A stretch of DNA of 53,401 nucleotides from Candidatus Ozemobacteraceae bacterium (lineage in GTDB: Bacteria > Muiribacteriota > Ozemobacteria > Ozemobacterales > Ozemobacteraceae): NCBI GenBank assembly GCA_036567845.1, contig DATCTT010000376.1, positions 1 through 53,401 on the forward strand, in the 5' to 3' direction. This document shows, piece after piece, positions 23,666-31,643 of this stretch. The first letter of the stretch is position 1; each line of letters starts with the position of its first letter. Under the pieces are notes generated by a model. It did no database searches and was not told where the DNA came from. It saw nothing but the letters and a program-made list of their open reading frames with translations. Made by a program: the position numbers and the translations under genes.

Positions 23666-25351
23666 ATGCGGCAGACAGAGGATATGAAAGCGGGCGGCTC
23701 ATCGCCAGCTTCTGGGAAACCCCGGGGCTTCTTTGATCACATTCTCGCGACGAAATCCGTCAAGGAAATCTCAGCACATCTCGAGGAAAATCCCCATGGT
23801 TCGGGGCTTCGACGTACCCTCACCGCCTGGGACCTCACCCTGCTGGGTGTCGGTGCCATCATCGGGGCCGGAATTCTGTCGACGCTTGGCACCGGACTGG
23901 CCGGCGGTTTCGACTCGGCATACGGCGTCACCCGACCGGCGGCTGGCCCCGCCCTTGTCATCAGTTTCATTCTCACCGCGGTCGCCTGCGGCTTCACGGC
24001 GCTTTGTTACGCGGAAATGGCCTCGATGATCCCCGTCTCCGGCTCGGCCTATACGTATGCCTATGCAACGCTCGGCGAGCTGTGCGCCTGGATCATCGGC
24101 TGGGACCTGCTCCTGGAATACGCAGTTTCGAACGTCGCCATCGCCATTTCGTGGGGTGGCTACGCGAACAATCTCCTTCAGGGATTCGGCCTGCACATTC
24201 CCACCTGGCTCACCATCGACATCCGATCGATGCTGCTTCCGACGAAGGAGTGGCTGGCGGCCCATCCGGGCTTTTCCTTCGCCGACAAGATCGCGATGCT
24301 GCCCGATTGCCTGAGCGGCAAGATCAACGGCGCCGACGTCTTCGCCAATTGGGCGACACTTCAGACTGCGCCGGTCATCGCCGGCATTCCCATCGGCATC
24401 AACCTTCTGCCGATGGTCATCACCATCATCATCACCCTGCTCTGCGTCTGGGGTATCAAGGAGTCGGTCCGCCTCAACAACGTCATGGTCGCAATCAAGG
24501 TCGGGCTTCTCCTGCTGGTCATCGCGATCGGCGCCTTCTACGTGAACCCCACCAACTACGTGCCCTTCGCCCCCAACGGCTGGGGCGGCATCCAGGCCGG
24601 GGCTGCCATCATCTTCTTCGCCTTCATCGGCTTCGATTCGGTCAGTACCACCGCCGAGGAGTGCCAGGACCCAGGCCGCGATCTTCCCCGGGGCATCATC
24701 GGCTCACTTGTTATATCTACAATTGTATATGTTGGAGTATGCCTTGTCATCAGCGGGATGATGCCCTACTCCGCGTATCACGGCATCAGCGATCCCGTCG
24801 CCCACGCATTTTCACACATCGGTATGACCAAAGTCGCTGGTATCGTCTCGATTGGTGCGGTCGCGGCCCTCAGCGGCGCTCTGCTCGTCTACCAGCTCGC
24901 CCAGCCCCGCATCTTCATGGTCATGAGCCGCGACGGGCTGTTGCCCGAATGGTTCTCGCGGGTCAGTCCCCGGTTCGGCACGCCGGCGAACGCCACATGG
25001 CTGACAGGCCTCCTCGTCGTTCTGCCCGCCGGGCTGCTCAATATCGACGAAGTGGTCGAGCTGACCAACATCGGCACGCTGTTCGCCTTCGTCATCGTCG
25101 CGATCGGCGTGATGATCCTGCGCGTCCGTGACCCGTATCACCCCAGGAAGTTCAAGGTTCCGATGGTCTGGGTGACGGCACCGCTCGGCATCCTGTTCTG
25201 CTTCTGGCTTGCCTGGGGCCTTCCGACCACTACCTGGATCCGTTTCTTCGTCTGGCTCGCCGTGGGCCTCTTCATTTATTTCTTCTACGGCTATGGACAT
25301 GCCCGAAAACGGGCCGCGCTGGCGGAGGACGGAGTGGCATCGAACGCCTGA
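23666..25351 (+). CDS. APC-superfamily amino-acid permease (amino acid/polyamine/organocation transporter).
   Basis: 12-TM topology, the TAWDLTLLGVGAIIGAGI signature and the FAFIGFD...E motif of APC transporters. ATG at 23666 with an AAGAGG RBS. Confidence 0.75.
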   Translation: MRQTEDMKAGGSSPASGKPRGFFDHILATKSVKEISAHLEENPHGSGLRRTLTAWDLTLLGVGAIIGAGILSTLGTGLAGGFDSAYGVTRPAAGPALVISFILTAVACGFTALCYAEMASMIPVSGSAYTYAYATLGELCAWIIGWDLLLEYAVSNVAIAISWGGYANNLLQGFGLHIPTWLTIDIRSMLLPTKEWLAAHPGFSFADKIAMLPDCLSGKINGADVFANWATLQTAPVIAGIPIGINLLPMVITIIITLLCVWGIKESVRLNNVMVAIKVGLLLLVIAIGAFYVNPTNYVPFAPNGWGGIQAGAAIIFFAFIGFDSVSTTAEECQDPGRDLPRGIIGSLVISTIVYVGVCLVISGMMPYSAYHGISDPVAHAFSHIGMTKVAGIVSIGAVAALSGALLVYQLAQPRIFMVMSRDGLLPEWFSRVSPRFGTPANATWLTGLLVVLPAGLLNIDEVVELTNIGTLFAFVIVAIGVMILRVRDPYHPRKFKVPMVWVTAPLGILFCFWLAWGLPTTTWIRFFVWLAVGLFIYFFYGYGHARKRAALAEDGVASNA

Positions 25352-25376
25352 CATGCTTCGAGGCGGGAATTCGACG

Positions 25377-27755
25377 ATGAGCAGTGACGCCACCCCCGAA
25401 ATCCAGAATCTGCTTGACCTGATGCAGACCTGTCGGTTCGATTCAGCAGAACTCACGGCCGGCATCGAGGCCCTTTCCCCGGAAGAACGGCGAAAGGCCC
25501 TGGTGTCGCTGTTCGACATGCTCAGGGAACGGAACACCCTGCTCGAGATCAACGAGGAGATCGGCCGGCAGCTTGAACTGGGCCCCCTGATCCAGGCGAT
25601 CGTGTATCGGATCACGGAGGTTCTCGATGCAGACCGCAGCTCTCTCTTCCTGATCGACCACAAGACGCAGGAGCTCTGGTCGAAAGTCGCCCAGGGCATC
25701 GCCTTCTCGGAAATCCGATTTCCCGTGTCGGTCGGTATTGCCGGCTTGGTCGCCCGAACCGGAGAAACCCTGAACATTGAGGACGTCTACCAACACCCGC
25801 TGTTCAATCCGAGTATCGACAAGCAAACCGGATACCGCACCCGGACGATGCTGTGCATGCCGATCAACAATCGGGAGCAGCGGATCATCGGCGTCGTGCA
25901 GGTCATCAACAAACGGAACGGCGCATTCACGGCCGGCGACATTTCGCGACTCGGAACGCTCGGCCGGATGCTTTCTCTGCCCCTCGAGAACGCGATGCTC
26001 TACGAGAACGTAAAAACGTCTCAGCGGAAGATCGAGGCCCTGCTGAACGTTGCGAATGCACTCAGCAGCTCGATCGACCTGCGCGATCTGATTCAGGTGA
26101 TCATGGCCAAGGCGACCGAGCTGCTCGCCGCCGACCGCTCGACCCTGTTTTTGATCGACCGCGAGACGGACGAACTCTGGTCGTCAGCCTCGTCGGGCGG
26201 CGAAATCAAGGAGATCCGGTTCCCGAAGCATCTGGGAATCGCGGGCCATGTCGCCACGACGGGTGACGTGCTGAACATTCCCGACGCCTACGAGTATCCC
26301 GGCTTCAACCGCGAGATCGACAGGAAAACGGGGTACCGCACCCGATCGATTCTCTGCATGCCGATCCGGGGCATCGATAACCAGACGATCGGCGTCACCC
26401 AGATCATCAACAAGAAGGCTGGCACCTTCGACCGAACCGACGAGGAGATGCTCGGTGCCTTCTCGGCGCAGGCGGCCGTTTCCCTGCAGAACGCCCAGCT
26501 CTACGAGCGCACGATGACGATGAAGAAATACCTCGAGGCGATCCTCAGTTCGCTCTCGAACGGGGTCGTGACGCTCGATCACAAACGGCGTATCGTCAAG
26601 ATCAATCCGACGGCCTGCCGTATCATGGGCCTGGCGGACGAAGCCGCCGCCTCCGGCCGCGCCATCGACGCGGTCCTCGAGGCCCGGAACGCCCCCCTTC
26701 TCGCCCAGATCGGGCGGGTCTTCGAAACCAGCTCGCCACAATCCCTCTACGATGTCGATTACGTGCGCGCCGACGGGGAAAAACATTCTGTCAACTTTAT
26801 TTCCGTTCCCCTCACCGACGACGCGGGCAAGTCTCTCGGCGTCGTGCTGGTGCTCGAGGATATCACGAAGGAGAAGCGGGTCAAATCGAATCTGACCCGC
26901 TATATGTCGAAGGATCTCGTCGACAAGCTGACCTCCGGAGCCGGCTCGATCGAACTGGGCGGAACGAAGCGGGAAGTCACGATCCTGTTTTCGGATATCA
27001 GAGGCTATACATCTCTCACCGAGAAGCTGGGCCCGAACGAGATCGTCGAGATGCTCAACGACTACTTCTCCCACATGGTCGACGCGATCTTCAAATACGA
27101 CGGCGTGCTCGATAAGTTCATCGGGGATGCGATCATGGCCGTGTTCGGCGCCCCGGTCCCTCTGCCCGATCACGCGCTCCGCTCGGTGAATGCCGCTCTG
27201 GAGATGAAACGCGCCCTGGCCGAGTTCAATGCGTCCCGTATCGCCTCGGGAAAGGTTCCGATCAAGATCGGTATCGGCATCTCGACCGGCGAGGTGCTCT
27301 GCGGCAACATCGGCTCGAACAAGCGCATGGAATACACCGCGATCGGTGACGGGGTGAACCTCTCCTCGCGGCTGGAATCAGCCACGAAGCTGTATCGGGC
27401 CATGACGTTGCTTTCCGAGTTCACCCACGAGCAGGTCAAGGGCCACGTATTCACCCGCGAGCTGGATTTCATTCGGGTGAAGGGCAAGCAGAAGCCCGTC
27501 CGGATCTACGAACTGCTCGGGGAAGCCGGATGCCGGCTGGATGATCCGACAATGTATGCAGTCGACCATTTCATCAAGGGCCACACCCTGTTCTTCAAAC
27601 GGGAGTATCGCTTCGCCCTCGCCGAGTTCGAGGAAGCTCTCCGCAAGCGCCCCGACGATCTCGCCTCGACCCTATATCTCAACCGGTGCCGCGCCTGCAT
27701 TGAGAACCCCCCGCCCCCGACCTGGGACGGGGTATATGACCTCAAAGAAAAATAA
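25377..27755 (+). CDS. Sensory class III adenylate/guanylate cyclase with domain order GAF-GAF-PAS-CYCc.
   Basis: Two GAF-like blocks (..DRSSLFLID...ELWS.. / ..DRSTLFLIDRETDELWS..), a PAS-like region, then the cyclase motifs VTILFSDIRGYTSLTE, KFIGDAIMAVFGAP and GIGISTGEV.CGNIGS. ATG at 25377. Confidence 0.75.
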   Translation: MSSDATPEIQNLLDLMQTCRFDSAELTAGIEALSPEERRKALVSLFDMLRERNTLLEINEEIGRQLELGPLIQAIVYRITEVLDADRSSLFLIDHKTQELWSKVAQGIAFSEIRFPVSVGIAGLVARTGETLNIEDVYQHPLFNPSIDKQTGYRTRTMLCMPINNREQRIIGVVQVINKRNGAFTAGDISRLGTLGRMLSLPLENAMLYENVKTSQRKIEALLNVANALSSSIDLRDLIQVIMAKATELLAADRSTLFLIDRETDELWSSASSGGEIKEIRFPKHLGIAGHVATTGDVLNIPDAYEYPGFNREIDRKTGYRTRSILCMPIRGIDNQTIGVTQIINKKAGTFDRTDEEMLGAFSAQAAVSLQNAQLYERTMTMKKYLEAILSSLSNGVVTLDHKRRIVKINPTACRIMGLADEAAASGRAIDAVLEARNAPLLAQIGRVFETSSPQSLYDVDYVRADGEKHSVNFISVPLTDDAGKSLGVVLVLEDITKEKRVKSNLTRYMSKDLVDKLTSGAGSIELGGTKREVTILFSDIRGYTSLTEKLGPNEIVEMLNDYFSHMVDAIFKYDGVLDKFIGDAIMAVFGAPVPLPDHALRSVNAALEMKRALAEFNASRIASGKVPIKIGIGISTGEVLCGNIGSNKRMEYTAIGDGVNLSSRLESATKLYRAMTLLSEFTHEQVKGHVFTRELDFIRVKGKQKPVRIYELLGEAGCRLDDPTMYAVDHFIKGHTLFFKREYRFALAEFEEALRKRPDDLASTLYLNRCRACIENPPPPTWDGVYDLKEK

Positions 27756-27776
27756 TACTTGATCGTATTATTTTCT
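27745..27776. terminator. AT-rich bidirectional hairpin (gaaaaataatac-ttgatc-gtattattttc) shared by the convergent cyclase and Sel1-repeat genes. It overlaps both stop codons.
   Basis: Inverted repeat with A/T tracts on both sides in a local AT-rich island. Confidence 0.5.
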
Positions 27777-28256
27777 GCCGATGTTTTTTGCCTCAAGCTC
27801 TTTCTGCCATGCTGCACACCGGGCCGCGATTTCCTCGCGCTGGGCACTGGTGAGGTCTGATCCGACCGCGTCGCGGACAGCGACATACTCGTGCTTCTGG
27901 TTTGAAGCAAGGGTCAGCCAGAAGTATGATTTGACGCAATCGTAGGGAACGCCCTTTCCGAGGGAGTACAACACTCCCAGGAGGTTCTGGCTCGGAGCAT
28001 CTCCCTGCTCGGCAGCCTTGCGATACCACTTCGCTGCTTCCTCATAATCCTGCGAAACGCCCTCGCCCTTGGCATACAGAATCCCAAGTTGAACCTGGGC
28101 ACTGATATCACCTTGCTCTGCCGCCTTCAGCCACCAGTTCATCGCAATTCTGTAATCATGCGGAACGCCATCCCCTCTGGCATAGGCAAATCCGAGCTGG
28201 CATTGAGCCACCATATCCCCTTGTTCAGCGAGTTTCATGACCAGATCCGTTCTCAT
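27768..28256 (-). CDS. Sel1-like repeat (SLR/TPR-like) protein.
   Basis: Four repeats of the Sel1 consensus (AEQGD..AQ..LG..Y..G.GV..DY..A..W..KAA). The ATG at 28256 is preceded by a GGAGGGAGG RBS. Confidence 0.75.
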   Translation of the reverse strand: MRTDLVMKLAEQGDMVAQCQLGFAYARGDGVPHDYRIAMNWWLKAAEQGDISAQVQLGILYAKGEGVSQDYEEAAKWYRKAAEQGDAPSQNLLGVLYSLGKGVPYDCVKSYFWLTLASNQKHEYVAVRDAVGSDLTSAQREEIAARCAAWQKELEAKNIGRK

Positions 28257-28360
28257 TCTGTATCCTCCCTCCAAAAAATCTTTCTCCCATTATACCGCCC
28301 CTCTTCTCTTTCCCGTTCGAACAATTTTATTGGTTCTCTGAATTTGTGCTAATTTGGGCT

Positions 28361-28389
28361 TGACCAGACAAAAGATCCGTGATACTTTG
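28361..28389 (+). promoter_or_regulatory. Sigma70-type promoter, TTGACC-N17-TACTTT, for the infC-rpmI-rplT operon leader.
   Basis: -35 and -10 hexamers with a 17-bp spacer, about 150 nt upstream of the infC start. Confidence 0.45.
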
Positions 28390-28485
28390 TCTCTTACGCA
28401 AGAAGGACGTCGTCCTCACCTCGAGCCCAAGGCAAAGAGGTCTGAACCCGGGAAACCGGGAGAAGCCATGAAGGTGTAAGCATGG

Positions 28486-28524
28486 GACGGCAATGTCAAC
28501 GTTGCCGTCCTATTTTATTTCTTT
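28486..28524 (+). promoter_or_regulatory. Leader transcription-attenuator hairpin. A perfect 9-bp stem (ggacggcaa-tgtcaac-ttgccgtcc) is followed by TATTTTATTTCTTT, immediately upstream of the infC RBS. Candidate L20-responsive leader of the Bacillus type.
   Basis: Intrinsic-terminator geometry inside the 5' UTR, ending 3 nt before the GGAGG RBS. Confidence 0.5.
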
Positions 28525-28538
28525 CGGGAGGTTGGGTT

Positions 28539-29054
28539 ATCAAAGAGACCGTTCGTATCAACCGGATGATTCGCGTTCCGCAGGTGCGTCTGATCGATGA
28601 CGCCGGCGAAATGGTCGGCGTGGTGCCGATTCAGGAAGCCCTGCGCATGACCGAAGAGCGCGGATACGACCTGGTGGAGGTCGCCTCGGGCGCCAATCCG
28701 CCGGTGTGCAGAATGATGGACTTCGGCCAGTTCAAGTATGAGATGACCAAGAAGGCCAAGGAAGCGAAGAAGAAGCAGAAGGTCATCAAGCTGAAGGAAG
28801 TCAAGGTTCGGCCGAAAACCGACGAGGGCGATCTGCAGACCAAGTGCAACCAGATTCGCCGGTTCCTCGAGGAAGGCGACAAGGTCAAGGTGTCAGTATT
28901 CTTCAAGGGCCGCGAACGCGCTCACATGGATGTCGGTTTCAAGGTCGTCGAGCGAATGAAGGAAATATTGTCGGAAGATGTCGGCATCGAGAAAGATGCG
29001 GCCATCGAAGGCAATACGATCACAATGATTCTCCAGCAGCCCAAAAAAAAGTAA
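28539..29054 (+). CDS. infC: Translation initiation factor IF-3. Probable non-AUG start (ATC at 28539, 7 nt after GGAGG), giving a 171-aa product.
   Basis: [31 protein letters not shown]...G.DLVEV...A.PPVCR.MDFGK.KYE and the C-terminal domain are unmistakably IF-3. The in-frame ATG at 28482 would add an atypical 19-aa Cys/Arg-rich extension. It also lies inside the attenuator hairpin. Confidence 0.85.
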   Translation: MKETVRINRMIRVPQVRLIDDAGEMVGVVPIQEALRMTEERGYDLVEVASGANPPVCRMMDFGQFKYEMTKKAKEAKKKQKVIKLKEVKVRPKTDEGDLQTKCNQIRRFLEEGDKVKVSVFFKGRERAHMDVGFKVVERMKEILSEDVGIEKDAAIEGNTITMILQQPKKK

Positions 29055-29077
29055 TCTACCCGCAGGAGGGAATCGTC

Positions 29078-29275
29078 ATGCCCAAAATGAAGACCAACAG
29101 CGCAGCCAAGAAGCGATTCAAGGTCACAGGTTCCGGCCGCATCCGCCGCTTCGGCGCCTACGGCAGCCACATCCTGACCAAGAAATCCAGCAAGCGGAAG
29201 CGGAATTATCGCAAGTCAAAGCTCGTTCACTCCGGTGACGAGAAGGCCGTCAAGAAGATGCTTCCCTACGGCTGA
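29078..29275 (+). CDS. rpmI: 50S ribosomal protein L35.
   Basis: [24 protein letters not shown]... is the L35 signature. 65 aa. RBS GGAGGG. Confidence 0.9.
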   Translation: MPKMKTNSAAKKRFKVTGSGRIRRFGAYGSHILTKKSSKRKRNYRKSKLVHSGDEKAVKKMLPYG

Positions 29276-29317
29276 ACCCAGCCGCACAGCACCAGCGAAT
29301 GAGCAGGAGGAAACACC

Positions 29318-29674
29318 ATGCCACGTTCTAAAAGTTCAAGCAATTCCCGACGCAAGGAAAAAAAGGTATTTCGGCTGGCGAAAGGCTTCTGGGGTGGTCG
29401 TCGCAAGGTCAAGAAGACCGCGAAGGAAGCTGTTCTCAACGCCCTCTGGCATGCCTATAACCACCGCCGCGATCGCAAGCAGGATATGCGGTCTCTCTGG
29501 ATCGTCCGCATCAACGCGGCCTGCCGCACCCATGAGATCAGCTACAGCCGCTTCATGGACGGCCTGAAGAAGTCCGGCATCGCCCTGAACCGCAAGGTCC
29601 TGGCCGAGATGGCCGTGAACGATCCCGAAGCCTTTAAGAGCGTCGTCTCCATGGCGAAGGCCAAGGCTGCCTGA
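29318..29674 (+). CDS. rplT: 50S ribosomal protein L20.
   Basis: MPRSK......RKEKKVFRLAKGFWGGRRKV.KTAKEAV..AL.HAY..RR.RK...R.LWI.RINAA.R....SYS.F..GL is the L20 signature. Confidence 0.9.
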   Translation: MPRSKSSSNSRRKEKKVFRLAKGFWGGRRKVKKTAKEAVLNALWHAYNHRRDRKQDMRSLWIVRINAACRTHEISYSRFMDGLKKSGIALNRKVLAEMAVNDPEAFKSVVSMAKAKAA

Positions 29675-29709
29675 CCCATGCCTGGCGGCGCAATCATGCG
29701 CCGATGAGA

Positions 29710-29737
29710 AACCCCCGGGGAAACCCGGGGGTTTTTC
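29710..29737 (+). terminator. Rho-independent terminator (cccccgggg-aaa-cccggggg followed by TTTTTC) after rplT.
   Basis: GC stem plus a T-tract, 35 nt after the rplT stop. Confidence 0.8.
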
Positions 29738-29801
29738 GTCAGAATATGCTATACTTCCTCGGCTTTTTTCACCCCTCCGAGAAAGGATCCGTCGTCACCC
29801 C

Positions 29802-30602
29802 GTGAAGCGTCTCACGTCACCGCACAATCCGGTGTTCGCCTGGGCCAAACGCCTGATCGACCGGCCCGAGGCGGGCGAGGACGGCAGCCTGACCGTCCTT
29901 CTGGAAGGGGAAAAACTGGCTCGCGAAGCCCTGCGCTCGGGAGCCAGACTGCGCGGCCTGTTCGTCGTCGAGGGACACGAGAGTCCCTGGCGGGATCACG
30001 AGGCGCTCCTCCACCTGGTGCCCCCCGAACTGATGAAGAAACTCTCGGGAATCGGCTCCCCGGCCCCGATCGCCGCCGCCGTCTCCCTGCCCCCCGCGCC
30101 GCCTCTTTCCGAGACGCTCGCCAGAGCGAACACTCTCATCGTGCTCGACCGGGTGCAGGATCCCGGCAACGTCGGCACCATCATGCGCTCCAGTGAGGCA
30201 CTCGGGGCCGATGCCCTGATCCTGCTGCGCGGCAGCTGCTCGCGGGGCAATGCGAAAGTACTGCGCGCGGCGATGGGCTCGGCGTTCCGCCTTCCCCTGC
30301 ATCTGGCCCCGGATCCCACAGCCCTGCTGGCCGATCTCAGAACAGCGGGCTTCGTTCCGCTGGCAACGGCCATGGGCGGACGGGCGGTCTGGGACAGGCC
30401 TCTTCCCCCCAAATGCGCCCTGCTGTTCGGCGCCGAAGGCAGCGGCCTCGATCCCACCCTGGCAGCGGCCTGTCGCGACACCATCCGGATCCCCATGCAG
30501 GGCCCCGTCGAGTCGCTCAATGTGGCGGCCTCGGTCGCCATCTGCCTCTATGAGCGTCTCCGCACCATCACCCGTAACGACTCGTCCGCGCTCCGCGCGT
30601 GA
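29802..30602 (+). CDS. TrmH/SpoU-family RNA 2'-O-methyltransferase.
   Basis: LVLD.VQDPGNVGTI.RS.EA.GA, the LFGAEG.GL region and the ES..LNVA.SV.I.LYE motif are SPOUT signatures. GTG start. Its position between rplT and pheS is conserved in many bacteria. Confidence 0.75.
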   Translation: MKRLTSPHNPVFAWAKRLIDRPEAGEDGSLTVLLEGEKLAREALRSGARLRGLFVVEGHESPWRDHEALLHLVPPELMKKLSGIGSPAPIAAAVSLPPAPPLSETLARANTLIVLDRVQDPGNVGTIMRSSEALGADALILLRGSCSRGNAKVLRAAMGSAFRLPLHLAPDPTALLADLRTAGFVPLATAMGGRAVWDRPLPPKCALLFGAEGSGLDPTLAAACRDTIRIPMQGPVESLNVAASVAICLYERLRTITRNDSSALRA

Positions 30603-30619
30603 CAGACCAAGGAGAGATC

Positions 30620-31633
30620 ATGACCGAAACCCACGACACGATCTGGCAGCAGTTCGAAGCCGAGAAAGCCACGGCAGCAGGCACGAAGGAGCTGGAAACC
30701 CTTCGGGTCAAGTATCTGGGCAAGAAGGGCCTCGTGACCGAGCTCCTCAAGGGCCTCGGCAAACTCCCGGCCGAGGAGCGCAAGGCGGCCGGCGAGCGCA
30801 TCAACGCCCTCAAGAACCGCATCGCCGAGGTTCTCGATGCCGATCTTTCGAAGGTCCAGGCAGCTGAGGAGGAGGCGCGCGTCAAATCCGAGCGACCCGA
30901 CCCCACCCTGCCCGGCACGCTACCCAGGCCCGGCACGATCCACCCCGTCACGCAAGTGGCTCTCGAAGTCACCCGCATCTTCCAGTCGATGGGCTTTTTC
31001 ATGGCCGACGGCCCCGAGATCGAGGACGAATACTATAATTTCGAGGCGCTGAACGTGCCGAAACACCACCCGGCGCGCGACATGCAGGACACCTTTTACC
31101 TCGAAAACGGCCAGGTGCTGCGCACGCAGACCTCGCCGGTCCAGATTCGTGTCATGGAGACGATGCAGCCCCCGCTGAAGATGATCGGACTCGGCAAGGT
31201 GTTCCGCAAGGACAGCGATATCACGCACTCGCCGATGTTCACCCAGATGGAAGGCCTTGTCGTTGACGAGAACGTTTCGCTGGCCGACCTGAAGGGCACG
31301 CTGAACATGTTCACCGAGGCGATGTTCGGCAAGCGTCCGACCCGGTTTCGGCCCAGCTTCTTCCCCTTCACCGAGCCTTCCGCCGAGATGGACATCCAGT
31401 GCGTCTTCTGCTCGGGAAAGGGCTGCAAGGTGTGCAAGGGAAGCGGCTGGATGGAGGTTCTCGGCTGCGGCATGGTCAACCCGCGCGTGTTCGAGGCCGT
31501 GAAATACGATACCGAGAAGTATACCGGTTTCGCGTTCGGCATGGGCATCGAGCGCATCGCCATGCAGCGGTACGGCATCAACGACATCCGGCTCCTGTAC
31601 GGTTCTGATATCCGCTTCCTGCGCCAATTCTGA
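30620..31633 (+). CDS. pheS: Phenylalanine--tRNA ligase alpha subunit.
   Basis: HP.RDMQDTFY......LRT.TSPVQ.R.ME......K.I..G.V.R.D.D.THSPMF.Q.EGL and the FFPFTEPS.E.D and GCGMV.P.V motifs. ATG at 30620 after AAGGAGAG. Confidence 0.9.
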   Translation: MTETHDTIWQQFEAEKATAAGTKELETLRVKYLGKKGLVTELLKGLGKLPAEERKAAGERINALKNRIAEVLDADLSKVQAAEEEARVKSERPDPTLPGTLPRPGTIHPVTQVALEVTRIFQSMGFFMADGPEIEDEYYNFEALNVPKHHPARDMQDTFYLENGQVLRTQTSPVQIRVMETMQPPLKMIGLGKVFRKDSDITHSPMFTQMEGLVVDENVSLADLKGTLNMFTEAMFGKRPTRFRPSFFPFTEPSAEMDIQCVFCSGKGCKVCKGSGWMEVLGCGMVNPRVFEAVKYDTEKYTGFAFGMGIERIAMQRYGINDIRLLYGSDIRFLRQF

Positions 31634-31643
31634 GGAGAAACCC

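Noticed and set aside
24004-25131. 375-aa plus-strand ORF in an alternate frame
   Set aside because: It lies within the APC permease gene in another frame. Its extremely Arg/His-rich translation is not a real protein.
28482-28538. ATG at 28482 as the infC start
   Set aside because: It would add a 19-aa Cys/Arg-rich extension unlike any IF-3. It lies inside the attenuator hairpin. It also gives a 190-aa product rather than the typical ~171 aa obtained from the ATC start next to GGAGG.
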